Source of the DNA: a virus
Lineage: Duplodnaviria > Caudoviricetes
Reading direction: 5' to 3' (one strand)
Length of the DNA stretch: 30,178 bases
Virus record (IMG/VR): IMGVR_UViG_3300043772_004868
Coordinates: 1-30,178 of that record
This document shows positions 1 to 8,393 of the stretch, in pieces. The notes beneath the pieces were generated by a model, which saw only the letters and a list, made by a program, of their open reading frames with translations, did not search any database and was not told the DNA's origin. The position numbers were made by a program, and so were the translations under genes. How positions within the stretch are numbered: position 1 is the first letter of the stretch; every line of letters starts with the position of its first letter.

Positions 1-655
1 CGTTCGCATATACGATGTACGCCGTCGCGAGGGCGCCGACGATTACGACCAACGGGCCGGCCGCCCCGACGGCTGCCGTGAACAGCGGGCCGAGCGGACC
101 GAGCGCCGCCGTGAACAGGCCCATTGCCCCGCCGGCGCCCGGCTGGCCGAACGCTTGGGCGATCTGGAACCCCTGCTGGTTCGCGATCATCAACGGGTTC
201 TGCCCGGCCGACAACTGCTGCACGACGTCGAAGATTTGGAACCGAAGGTTGCTCGCCGCCCCGGCCGCCGCCGCGGTCGTGTCCTTGACCGCGGCGACCG
301 CCGTCGTGTGCTTCTTGACCGCCGCCGTCGCGGCCGTCGTCGACGCCGTCTCCGCCTTCAACGCGGCGTCCATCTGCCGAAGCTGGCCGACGGTCACGCC
401 GAGGGCGGCGGCCCGATGCGTCTCAGCCGCCTGCGACGCCACGATCGCGGCGACGTGCTTCTTTTCCGCCTCGGTCACGACGTTGAACGCCGTCGCGAGC
501 GGCTGGACGGCGCGCGCAGCCTCGTCCGACTTCTTCTTCGCCTCGGCGGCCAGCTTGTTGAGTTCCGCCGTCGCGCCCTTCAACGCCGGGCCGAACTTCT
601 CGTCGTTGACGAGTAGCTCGACGAACAGCTTGCCGATCGAAATGTCGCCCGCCAT
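1..655 (-). CDS. Tail tape measure protein, N-terminal part (runs off the window)
   Basis: Manual translation from ATG 655: MAGDISIGKLFVELLVNDEKFGPALKGATAELNKLAAEAKKK...NLRFQIFDVVQQLSAGQNPLMIANQQGFQIAQAFG. It is Ala-rich and helical with the lambda-type tape-measure motif D..QL..GQNP....QQG.QI, and follows the tail chaperone. Not in the ORF track (no stop in the window). Confidence 0.9.
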   Translation of the reverse strand, partial: MAGDISIGKLFVELLVNDEKFGPALKGATAELNKLAAEAKKKSDEAARAVQPLATAFNVVTEAEKKHVAAIVASQAAETHRAAALGVTVGQLRQMDAALKAETASTTAATAAVKKHTTAVAAVKDTTAAAAGAASNLRFQIFDVVQQLSAGQNPLMIANQQGFQIAQAFGQPGAGGAMGLFTAALGPLGPLFTAAVGAAGPLVVIVGALATAYIVYAN

Positions 656-697
656 CGTCGCCCCCGTCGCGGTTAGGGTAGCACGCCGAGCGGCGAC

Positions 698-1111
698 CTA
701 CCCGCCCGAGCGGACCTTGATCCCGGCGGAGGCGAGGGAATCGAGCAACGCCTTCTCCTTCGCGCCGGCGGCGACGTCCGGCGGCAAGGACGCGAGCCGC
801 TCCTTCTCGCGTTGGCGGGCCTTCGCCTTCCGCCGGGCCGGCCCGTAGCCCTTGAACTTCGCCCCTTGGGCGGCGGCGAGCGGAACGGTCACGAGGTCGA
901 TGTCGTCGATGCGGCGGTCCTCGATCGCGGCGGCGAGCACCGACAACTGCTCCCACGTCCTCGTTTCGAGCATGTCGAACACGTCGAGCCCGGCCGCAGC
1001 GAGCGTCCCGACGAGCCACTCGATCGTGTCGGCCTCGGAGGTCGACCCTACGCTTCGGCCGCCGCGAACGGTTCGACCACGTCCAGCCCCCTGAGAAGGG
1101 GGCGCACCAGC
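698..1111 (-). CDS. Tail assembly chaperone C-terminal extension (gpT-like), reached by -1 frameshift
   Basis: The -1 frame is open from the slippery site at 1111-1117 to TAG at 698 and includes track ORF 698..982. It lies between the chaperone and tape measure genes. Confidence 0.75.
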   Translation of the reverse strand, partial: AGAPPSQGAGRGRTVRGGRSVGSTSEADTIEWLVGTLAAAGLDVFDMLETRTWEQLSVLAAAIEDRRIDDIDLVTVPLAAAQGAKFKGYGPARRKAKARQREKERLASLPPDVAAGAKEKALLDSLASAGIKVRSGG

Positions 1112-1494
1112 AAAGGGAGGACGGCGAGAACCACCTCCTCGATCGCCATCACGTCGAGAGGGTCAACTCCCGGCGGAAGCGCGTCCGGGTAGGCGGCAAG
1201 GAAGGCGGCGCCGAGTTGGTCGAGCGCCTCGTCGTCGTTGAGTAGGGCGACGAACTGGCCGACCACGTCGCCGGACAGCTTGCCAGCAGCGACGGCGGAC
1301 CCAACGACCGAGCGTCGGAGAATCTTCTCCATCGCGCGGGCGACGAGAACCTGCCGGCGAGCAGGCAGGACCGTGTTGACCCGAAGGACGGAGCCGTCGA
1401 CCTTGCGGACCTCGATCCACGAGTCGTCCGGGACGAGCTTCCGCAGCAGCGACCGCAGCGCGTCGGTCGGTTCGGTCGGTTCGAGCTTGCCCAT
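1048..1494 (-). CDS. Tail assembly chaperone (gpG-like)
   Basis: 148 aa with GGAGG RBS, located between tail tube and tape measure, with an in-frame slippery heptamer near the 3' end. Confidence 0.8.
   Translation of the reverse strand: MGKLEPTEPTDALRSLLRKLVPDDSWIEVRKVDGSVLRVNTVLPARRQVLVARAMEKILRRSVVGSAVAAGKLSGDVVGQFVALLNDDEALDQLGAAFLAAYPDALPPGVDPLDVMAIEEVVLAVLPLLVRPLLRGLDVVEPFAAAEA
1086..1117 (-). other. Programmed -1 ribosomal frameshift signal
   Basis: In-frame C CCT TTG (X XXY YYZ) at 1117-1111, a 7-nt spacer, then a perfect 7-bp hairpin GCCCCCT-TCTC-AGGGGGC (1103-1086). Confidence 0.8.
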
Positions 1495-1537
1495 GCGATA
1501 GACCTCCGGGCTCGTTGGCCCGGTTCAGTCTACCCGA

Positions 1538-2095
1538 TCAGGACACCTGACGCACCATCTGGAACAACTGCTCGTCGACGGCGAGGGTCGCGCCGCCCCA
1601 GTTCGTCGGGGAGCGCATCGCCTCGTAGGCGTTGGCGAACTTGTGCTCCTCGGCGGAGAATCCGATCGACACGGTGCCGTCGGCGCGCGCCTTCCACACG
1701 TTGCAGGTCAGCGTGTCGCCGGCCTTCGCCATGTAGTGCTGCACCTTGATCGCGACCGTCTCGACGATCGGATCGCCGCCGAACGACCACGTCTGCACGG
1801 ATGGCGAGACGTAGGTGTTGCCAGCGCCGACCGCGTACTGGATCAGGTCTTGGTCCCACTCAATCCCCTGCCACGACACCTTGACCTTCTGCTGCGTCGC
1901 GAAGGAGAACTCGATGGTCTTCGGGTTGCCTTGCTCGATGTCGCGCTTCGTCGACATGACTTCGAGCGTGACCGCATCCTCGCCGACGTAGCCAACCGAG
2001 GCGGTCGGCGTCGCGCCGGACGGGCCGAGGTAGACGACCGCGGGGCCGAACGAGATGTTGTCGGTGTTGCCGTTGCTGTCGATGTTGTAGGGCAT
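1538..2095 (-). CDS. Major tail (tube) protein
   Basis: 185 aa, NISFGPAVVYLG...VGYVGEDAVTLEV pattern typical of siphovirus tube proteins. GAGGA RBS and expected synteny; no sheath gene nearby. Confidence 0.85.
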   Translation of the reverse strand: MPYNIDSNGNTDNISFGPAVVYLGPSGATPTASVGYVGEDAVTLEVMSTKRDIEQGNPKTIEFSFATQQKVKVSWQGIEWDQDLIQYAVGAGNTYVSPSVQTWSFGGDPIVETVAIKVQHYMAKAGDTLTCNVWKARADGTVSIGFSAEEHKFANAYEAMRSPTNWGGATLAVDEQLFQMVRQVS

Positions 2096-2183
2096 GGCGC
2101 ATCCTCGTTCGGGCGGTTCGAGATCGAGAGCGCGCCTCGTTGGGCGTCGTGCGGTTCACGGTAGCACGCTCGGCGCGCGAGGT

Positions 2184-2570
2184 CTACCCCGCGTCTCTCA
2201 ACACGTTCTCGATCCCGCACGAGTTGCAAGCGGTCGAGGTTCGACCGCCTGCGCCGGAGACGATCCGATACAGGAACCGGCCGCCGTCGTGACGGATGCG
2301 AAGCTCGCCGGCGGCGTTGTCGACGATCCCGAGCCGCTTCTTGCAGCCCGAGCAACACCACCACGCCTCGGACGGCCCAAGCGTCGGCCGCTCGTCCCCG
2401 CCGACGGCCGCCGCCTTGCTGGCCGCGTCGAGGACGGGGATCATGCCGGCAAGCACACGTTCGATCGCTGTCAGTCGTTCGCTCGCCGAGCCCTCGCCGA
2501 TCACGATCCGCTCCCGAGCCGCCGGCGGCGCCGACGCCGACCCTCTGCGGATCACGTCGGGGCCGCTCAC
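2184..2570 (-). CDS. Zinc-ribbon protein, Mu Com-like C-terminus
   Basis: GTG 2570 overlaps the upstream stop (GTGA). 128 aa; WWCCSGCKKRLG...LRIR...TACNSCGIENV resembles the Com pattern C..C.K.L...C..C...N. Confidence 0.6.
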   Translation of the reverse strand: MSGPDVIRRGSASAPPAARERIVIGEGSASERLTAIERVLAGMIPVLDAASKAAAVGGDERPTLGPSEAWWCCSGCKKRLGIVDNAAGELRIRHDGGRFLYRIVSGAGGRTSTACNSCGIENVLRDAG

Positions 2571-2785
2571 GCCGGCACCGCGCACGCAACCCGAACCGGC
2601 GCCGAGCAGACACCGCACGTCACGGTCGAGAACTGCGGCTTCTCACCAGCGCGGAGCGGAGACGCGCTCGTGATTGCCCGCGAGCCGGACGGGAGTGCCG
2701 TCACCCGGTGACCGCACCGGCAGAGTACGCCGGTCTGGTCCTTCGAGCGCAGGGACGGCGACGGGTTGAAGTCGGGCGTGTGCAT
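2567..2785 (-). CDS. Small zinc-ribbon protein
   Basis: 72 aa with CRCGH and CGVC motifs. TACGCT box 6 nt before the ATG; coupled to the next gene. Confidence 0.6.
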   Translation of the reverse strand: MHTPDFNPSPSLRSKDQTGVLCRCGHRVTALPSGSRAITSASPLRAGEKPQFSTVTCGVCSAPVRVACAVPA

Positions 2786-2821
2786 CGCCGTAGCGTAGCA
2801 CGGCCACCGGGTTTCCGTCGT

Positions 2822-3256
2822 CTACCCGATCACCTGACCCGACCACCGCCCGGCCTGAAACCACGCCCGAAGGCTTCCGTCCCAGCCCGAACCGGGGCGC
2901 GCGGCCTCCTCGCAGACGGCGGCGCGCTCGCCGCCGTTCGCGCTCGTGTCGGCGAACGTGATCCGCTCTGCCTGCAGCGCGGCCGAGCAGGCGTCGTAGA
3001 GTTCGGCCGCCGCGGACTCGCTCACGCGCGAGTAGGCGACGAGGTCGAACGACACCGACTCCATCCGGCCGAACCGAAGGAGCCGGCCGCCCTTCCCGAC
3101 GAGGGCGACAGTCGGGAACGCCGCCTCGCCGAGATCGACCTGCTCCGGGTAGGCGCCGAGGACGCGGTCGGCGACGAGGGCGGAGACGGCGGAGGCGTCG
3201 ATCAGGGCGCGGCGGATCATCTCGATCGCGGCGATGGAGGAAAGCGAGGTTGCCAT
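2822..3256 (-). CDS. Tail terminator / tail completion protein (SPP1 gp17, DUF3168-like)
   Basis: 144 aa, ALIDASAVSALVADRV...P...FPTV pattern; lies upstream of the tail tube gene. Confidence 0.8.
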   Translation of the reverse strand: MATSLSSIAAIEMIRRALIDASAVSALVADRVLGAYPEQVDLGEAAFPTVALVGKGGRLLRFGRMESVSFDLVAYSRVSESAAAELYDACSAALQAERITFADTSANGGERAAVCEEAARPGSGWDGSLRAWFQAGRWSGQVIG

Positions 3257-3278
3257 CCGTGCAGTCTACCTCGCCGTG

Positions 3279-3797
3279 TCAGGAATTCCCGAACCGGATG
3301 TTCGCCTTCGTCCGCAGCGCCTTGCCGAGCACCTTCGTCGTCGCCCGCATCATGCTCTTGCGGACGGCCGGGTCTTGTGTCGTTGCCCACAGGACATCGC
3401 GCGGGAGCATGTATCGCGTGCCCTGCACGACGAACGCGGCGTGCGGCGCGGCGGCGACGTCGAACCAGACCGCGTAGGCTTCCCCGGTCGGCGAGTTCGC
3501 CGACGGCAGCTTCTCGACCCTGAGCGACGAGAGAAGTTGCACGGTGTGCTTGTGGACGGTCGTTTGACTGCCGCCGTGGATTTGGATCGAACCGTGCCGC
3601 CTCGCATACGGGTGGTCGAGCCGGCGCAGGTCGGCGAGGGTGTGGTCGGTCGCCGACACGTTCGCGCGGACGGCGTCGAACAGGACGCGCGAGATGGCGT
3701 CGCCGACGGAGTCGAGGACGACGTCGGCGGACGCGACGGCGGACAGGTTGCCGACGACGACCTGAAACGACCCGACGTCCATCGAGAAGCCGACCAT
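3279..3797 (-). CDS. HK97 gp10-like neck/tail-component protein
   Basis: 172 aa, PHAAFVVQGTRYMLPRDVL matches the family motif (A..VE.GT..M.PRP.L); adjacent to the tail terminator. Confidence 0.75.
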   Translation of the reverse strand: MVGFSMDVGSFQVVVGNLSAVASADVVLDSVGDAISRVLFDAVRANVSATDHTLADLRRLDHPYARRHGSIQIHGGSQTTVHKHTVQLLSSLRVEKLPSANSPTGEAYAVWFDVAAAPHAAFVVQGTRYMLPRDVLWATTQDPAVRKSMMRATTKVLGKALRTKANIRFGNS

Positions 3798-3806
3798 GCC
3801 GGCAGT

Positions 3807-6701
3807 CTACCCCGGATCGACCTCCGCCGGCTTCGCCGGCACAAGGTCGTCGAACACGCCGGCGAACGGATTGCTCTCATCGTCGATCGGCGGGAACGCC
3901 GGAAGCTCGACGTCGGCCTCCACCGGGACGTGATCCGGGCCGCGGGCGGCGAGGCCGACGAGCGGTTGATCCGGGGCGAACCGGCTCAACCAGTCGACGC
4001 CGGCGGTCGCTACTCGGTGGTAGTCGTGCCCCTGCGGCAAGCAGCGGGTGACCATCTCGAACAGTGTTCGCCCCTCACGGAGCTTCGCGAGCCCGAGTTC
4101 GCGGTAGGCGAGGAACCCGGTCGGGTCGGAGGCGATCGCGCGCTTGAAGCACTCGGCCGCCTTCTCCTCGTGGCCGTCGTTGGTGAACTGCATCCCGAGC
4201 GACGTCCACGCCGAGGCGTTCCGCGGGTTGTCGGTCAACTCGGCGACGAGCAGCCGCTGGTAGAACCGCACCTTCCGTTCGAGTTCGGCGGGGTCCGTGC
4301 CGAGGCCGGGGTTGTGCGCCGTGAACGGCGCGTACCGAACCCGAGGGCGGTCCCCGCTCGCTTCGATCGCCCGGAATGCCTCGTCGAATCCCTCGTGGAC
4401 CCGGCCCGAGTAGCGAACGAGCCTGCCCGGATCGAGCCGGACGAACCGGATCGCCTCTGAGAGCGTCGGCGGCTCGCCGCTGGCCGCCGGGCGGTGGTTC
4501 GCGAACCGGACGAGGAACCCGTAGGCGTCCGAGCACTCGGCCATCCGGCGGAGCGCGACGACGTCGCCGAACGTGTCGGCGAGCAGTTCGTCGGGGTCGA
4601 CCACGAGCGCCCATGCGATCGGAGAGCCGGTCACGGGCGACTTGATCGCGCGCAGGGCGTCGAGCCCCGCGTTGCGAGCCGAGGCGAAGTCGTCGTCGAG
4701 CGGCTGGTGCTCCCACGTCGCGCCGTAGACGCTTGCGATCCGCTGCATGTCGTCGGACGGCCCGGTCGACGGATCGTCGGCGTTCCACTCGCCCGTCCAG
4801 ACGAGCACCGCCGCGTCGACGAGCCCGTGGTACTGGTCAAGCTGGCGCGCAAGGTCGTGCGCCGTCTCGCCGGCGTGCAGCATCATCGTGAGGCCGATCG
4901 CGTTCACCGACACGACCGGCGAGAGCGTCATGTTCTCCTCCGCGACGAGGTGCGCGTAGCCGCCCCCGGTCGCGATCCGATTCGGGCTCGGGTCGAGCCG
5001 CTGGTAGCGCGCGTGCTTCCGGACCCGGTCGAACCGGCGGACGTACCCGAAGTGGAGCATCCGGATCGAGGACACCCGCTTGGCGAGTGGGTCGGCGTCC
5101 GGCACGTTGCCGCAGTGGAGGCCGATCTCGTTCCCGGCCGCGATTCGCCGCGGGCGGCGAGGCGAGGCCGAGGCGCGGAACAACCGGAAGCCGCGCATGC
5201 CGCCCTGATAGCTGCCGCCGTCGCCCCACGGCCGGTCGATCCGCTGCGTGCGCGGCGAGTCCCACAGCGTCGTGAAAGCGACGTCCCACGAGCAGACGAG
5301 CGGGTCGGGAGCCCGCATCAGCCGTTCGACGGTCGCGCGCTCGACCCGGCCCTCCGGCACCTCGTCGTGGTCGACCGAGAACAGCCAGTCGGCGCCGAGC
5401 GCCTCGCCCATTCCGATCAGGTGGTTCCGCTCGTCGCGCTCGTTGAACTCGCCGGCCCACACCTCGCAGACGACGCCGAGCGGAGTCCCGCGCGCGTGGT
5501 CGCCGCCCCTTGCCGCCGCCGTCGCCCACGCGGCCAACTCGGCCGCGACGCCGGCCCGGTCCTTCCCCGAACACCCGCGGAGCAGCGCGTGGTCGTCGGG
5601 AGGCAGCGAGGGCGCGATCTGCGCGAAGTCGGGCGAGCCCGTCATTTCGAGCGGGTTGCCGTTCAGCAGGATCGCGATCCCGTCGCCGAGTTCGCCCATG
5701 CGTGAGATCGAAGCGCGCAGATAGGCGAGGTCCTGCGCCGTTTCGAGCTTCACCCGGTAGAGCGCGACGAGCTTCGTCCCGGTCGTCCGGAACGTGCCAG
5801 CCCACTTGTCGAGGTAGGTGCGCCGGTTCGCCATGCCCCGCTTCGCGCCGGGTGCGATCCGATCGAGGGTCTGGTGGCCGTCGTGGTGGACGTAGACCGA
5901 GCGGGCGACCACCCGGCCCCAGCCGGCGAGTTCCGCGCGGACGCAGACGTCGTTGTCCTCGTAGCCGCCAATCTTGAACACGGGGTCGAACAGGTTGCCG
6001 TCGTCGGCGAGCAGGTCGAGCAGACACTCGCGCCGGTACAACACGCAGAACCCCGACAGGAAGTCGACCACCTCGACGTCCCCGCCCGACTGCTGGCGCA
6101 CGTTCGCCCCGATCACGTCGTAGGGCGCCCGCCGGAGGTCGTCGGGGAGCCGTAGCTGCGCCACGCCGGCGACGAGGTTCGACACCGGGCCGACCATGCC
6201 GATCCGACCGACGGCGAGCGTCGGGTCGCGTCGCGCCCGCACGCCGCGCTCGTCAGGCGGCTCGCCGGTCAGGACCACGCCGTCGACCGGGTCGAGCGCC
6301 TCGATCATGCCCGACAGCCAGCCGGCGCAGACGTGGGCGTCGTCGTTGATCACGACGGTATGCGCGGGGAGCGCGCCGAACCCGGAGCGGTAGCGCGCGA
6401 TCCCCGCGTTGACCGCGGCGCCGAAGCCGACGGGCGCGCCGAGGTCGAGCAGGTCGAGTTCGGCGTCGGAGCCGGCCGCCGCCGCGAGCATCATCCCGCG
6501 CGCCTCGGACCACTTCGCCGCGTCGTCCGGGTTGCCCACGACGACCAGCCGAACGCGGAGCCCGTCGGTATGCTTCAGGAGCCGGCGAACGCCGGGAACG
6601 ACCGTCGCCGGGCTCCCGCAGGTAGGGACGACGATCAGGACGTCGTGCAGCGAACGAAGGGTCGGCAAGGGCGGAAGAACGGCGGGATCGTCGACGGGCA
6701 T
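3807..6701 (-). CDS. Multidomain glycosyltransferase: three GT2/GT-A domains plus C-terminal TPR
   Basis: 964 aa from ATG 6701 (GGAGG RBS). Domain 1: GFGAAVNAG..INDD..FLSGFC..GYEDNDVCVR..VHHDG. Domain 2: ERDERN..DWLFSVDHDE..LHFGY. Domain 3: DDFASARNAGL..WALVVDPDE..YSGRVHE. TPR: PRNASAWTSLG..EKAAECFKRAIASDP. Confidence 0.88.
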   Translation of the reverse strand: MPVDDPAVLPPLPTLRSLHDVLIVVPTCGSPATVVPGVRRLLKHTDGLRVRLVVVGNPDDAAKWSEARGMMLAAAAGSDAELDLLDLGAPVGFGAAVNAGIARYRSGFGALPAHTVVINDDAHVCAGWLSGMIEALDPVDGVVLTGEPPDERGVRARRDPTLAVGRIGMVGPVSNLVAGVAQLRLPDDLRRAPYDVIGANVRQQSGGDVEVVDFLSGFCVLYRRECLLDLLADDGNLFDPVFKIGGYEDNDVCVRAELAGWGRVVARSVYVHHDGHQTLDRIAPGAKRGMANRRTYLDKWAGTFRTTGTKLVALYRVKLETAQDLAYLRASISRMGELGDGIAILLNGNPLEMTGSPDFAQIAPSLPPDDHALLRGCSGKDRAGVAAELAAWATAAARGGDHARGTPLGVVCEVWAGEFNERDERNHLIGMGEALGADWLFSVDHDEVPEGRVERATVERLMRAPDPLVCSWDVAFTTLWDSPRTQRIDRPWGDGGSYQGGMRGFRLFRASASPRRPRRIAAGNEIGLHCGNVPDADPLAKRVSSIRMLHFGYVRRFDRVRKHARYQRLDPSPNRIATGGGYAHLVAEENMTLSPVVSVNAIGLTMMLHAGETAHDLARQLDQYHGLVDAAVLVWTGEWNADDPSTGPSDDMQRIASVYGATWEHQPLDDDFASARNAGLDALRAIKSPVTGSPIAWALVVDPDELLADTFGDVVALRRMAECSDAYGFLVRFANHRPAASGEPPTLSEAIRFVRLDPGRLVRYSGRVHEGFDEAFRAIEASGDRPRVRYAPFTAHNPGLGTDPAELERKVRFYQRLLVAELTDNPRNASAWTSLGMQFTNDGHEEKAAECFKRAIASDPTGFLAYRELGLAKLREGRTLFEMVTRCLPQGHDYHRVATAGVDWLSRFAPDQPLVGLAARGPDHVPVEADVELPAFPPIDDESNPFAGVFDDLVPAKPAEVDPG

Positions 6702-6735
6702 CGGAGTGCCTCCTGACGTCGAGGCTAACACGCGC

Positions 6736-6842
6736 GAACTATTTTCGGGAATCTTCGCTCCGCGCCCTACCGTCTATCCGTTAGTCGGATATGCTTGTGG
6801 GGCGGGAACGAACCCGCAGCGAACCCCACGGAGAACAAGATG
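6736..6842 (+). promoter_or_regulatory. Cassette leader repeat, copy 1 (promoter, palindromic operator, 5' hairpin, RBS)
   Basis: GAACTATTTTCGGGAATCTTC; palindrome TATCCG-TTAGT-CGGATA 6775-6791; -10 TATGCT 6790-6795; hairpin GCGGG-AACGAA-CCCGC; GGAGAACAAGATG. Confidence 0.85.
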
Positions 6843-7223
6843 ACCACGAACCCGACCATCAGCGCCCCGAACACCGACATCGTCGACGACTCGCTCAGCC
6901 AGATCGCCTCCCGCGTCGTGGCGCGGATCAAGGCGAAGGGCCTCGGCGTGCAGGGCGTCTACGTCGACGACTGGAGCGGCTCGCACCGGTCGGACATCGT
7001 CCGCCTCCGCGGCTGGTCGATCGACGTCGTCCCGTCGAACGAGGGCGACCCGCTCGATCAGCCGCTGGTCGGCGCGGTCGAGATCATGGAGACGGAGAAC
7101 GTGCACATGACGAAGTACCGTGGCGTCGGCGTCCCGGTCCGCACGACGGCGCGCCACTTCTCGATCGGCTACGCCGGCGACGTCGTCGCGCTGAAGGCCC
7201 TGCTCGGGGTTCGCGACGAGTAG
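6840..7223 (+). CDS. Hypothetical protein (cassette 1)
   Basis: 127 aa MTTNPTISAPNTDIVDD..., starts at the ATG of the repeat; GC3-rich codons. Confidence 0.8.
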   Translation: MTTNPTISAPNTDIVDDSLSQIASRVVARIKAKGLGVQGVYVDDWSGSHRSDIVRLRGWSIDVVPSNEGDPLDQPLVGAVEIMETENVHMTKYRGVGVPVRTTARHFSIGYAGDVVALKALLGVRDE

Positions 7224-7242
7224 GCGCGGGCCGCGCGGCCGG

Positions 7243-7854
7243 TCACACCAGAGCCGCGCGAAGCTCCCAGTGCGAGCCGTACCAGTTGCCGCCGGCCTCG
7301 CGCGCCTCCTCGACGATCGACACCTCGGCGGTGAAGTCGTCGGTGATGCGGTCGCCCTTGCGCGGCGTCCAGACGTCCGATCGGTCGACGACGTAGACGA
7401 TCGACTGCGAGGCCTCGGAGCCGGGCGCCGGGACCGGCCAGCGGCCGGCGGTGCGCCGCAGTTGAGCCGGCACGCTCGCGGCCCGCGTCACGTCCTGCGC
7501 TTGCGGCGCGCCCTGCCGGTCTACCGCCTCGATCGCCACGGTCGGGATCGCCGCCTCGTTCGCGAGCCCGGAGGTCGCCACCGCCGAGATCGCCGTGAAC
7601 AGCTTGCTCCCGACCTTCACGCCGTTCGCCGTGAACGTGAGCACCTCGGCCGTCGCCGGCACGCCCTCGACGGTGCCCGTGATCGTGACCGTGCCCGAGC
7701 CGGTCGTCCCGGCGGCGACGGTCACGCGCATCGCCGAGGCTCGCGGCGGCTGGCGGTCGACGGTCAGGCTCGCAGCGGCGGCGACCGCTTCGAGCAGGTA
7801 GGCGGTTCGGCGCGCGATCGTGATCGTGCGGTCGGCGAGGGCGGCGATGTGCAT
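7243..7854 (-). CDS. Probable head-closure (head-tail joining) protein with an inserted beta-rich domain
   Basis: 203 aa from ATG 7854 (GGAG RBS). DRTITIARR...DRQGAP...ASVPAQL...KGDRI...SHWEL resembles SPP1 gp16-like proteins and occupies the expected slot between adaptor and gp10-like genes. Confidence 0.65.
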   Translation of the reverse strand: MHIAALADRTITIARRTAYLLEAVAAAASLTVDRQPPRASAMRVTVAAGTTGSGTVTITGTVEGVPATAEVLTFTANGVKVGSKLFTAISAVATSGLANEAAIPTVAIEAVDRQGAPQAQDVTRAASVPAQLRRTAGRWPVPAPGSEASQSIVYVVDRSDVWTPRKGDRITDDFTAEVSIVEEAREAGGNWYGSHWELRAALV

Positions 7855-7906
7855 GGGGCGGCTCCGTCGCCGCCATCCTACCCCGCCGCCGCGCAGCCGG
7901 GCCGAC

Positions 7907-8011
7907 GAACTATTTTCGGGAATCTTCACCCGTAGCCCTACCGTCTAACCGTTAGCCGGCTATACTGATTGGGCGGGGAGGAACCCGCACCGAACCACCG
8001 AGAACAAGATG
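7907..8011 (+). promoter_or_regulatory. Cassette leader repeat, copy 2
   Basis: GAACTATTTTCGGGAATCTTC; TAACCG-TTAGC-CGGCTA 7946-7962; -10 TATACT 7961-7966; GCGGG-GAGGAA-CCCGC; GAGAACAAGATG. Confidence 0.85.
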
Positions 8012-8389
8012 AACCCGATCAAGCTCGCCTACCTCGTCGCCGTCGCTCAGCTCGAAGCCGTCACGGCCGAATACAACAAGTCGGACGCGGCGTTCGACGT
8101 CGACTTCGAAGCCGCTGGCGAGCCAGAGGACTTCAAGGCGTTCTACGCGGCGTGGTCGGCCGAGAACCCCGCGCGCGCCGCGAACGCGCAGCGCCTCTGC
8201 ACCCTGCAGAACGAAGCGCGCGCCGTCCTCGCCGCCGCCGAGAACGCGCTGCTCGACTGGTGCTTCGCCGCGATCGCCCCGGCAGTCGTGACCGACGAAC
8301 ACCGCGAAACGCTCGCGGTGCTCCGCGGCACGAAGTCGATCTCGGCCCGCCGCAAAGTGGTCGATCTCGCGATGCGACTCGACGGTTAG
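8009..8389 (+). CDS. Hypothetical protein (cassette 2)
   Basis: 126 aa, helical and Ala-rich; starts at the repeat ATG. Confidence 0.8.
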   Translation: MNPIKLAYLVAVAQLEAVTAEYNKSDAAFDVDFEAAGEPEDFKAFYAAWSAENPARAANAQRLCTLQNEARAVLAAAENALLDWCFAAIAPAVVTDEHRETLAVLRGTKSISARRKVVDLAMRLDG

Positions 8390-8393
8390 CCGG

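Noticed and set aside
15-848. 277-aa + strand ORF and other + strand ORFs over the tail genes
   Set aside because: Antisense shadow of the tape measure and chaperone genes; long shadow ORFs are expected at this GC content.
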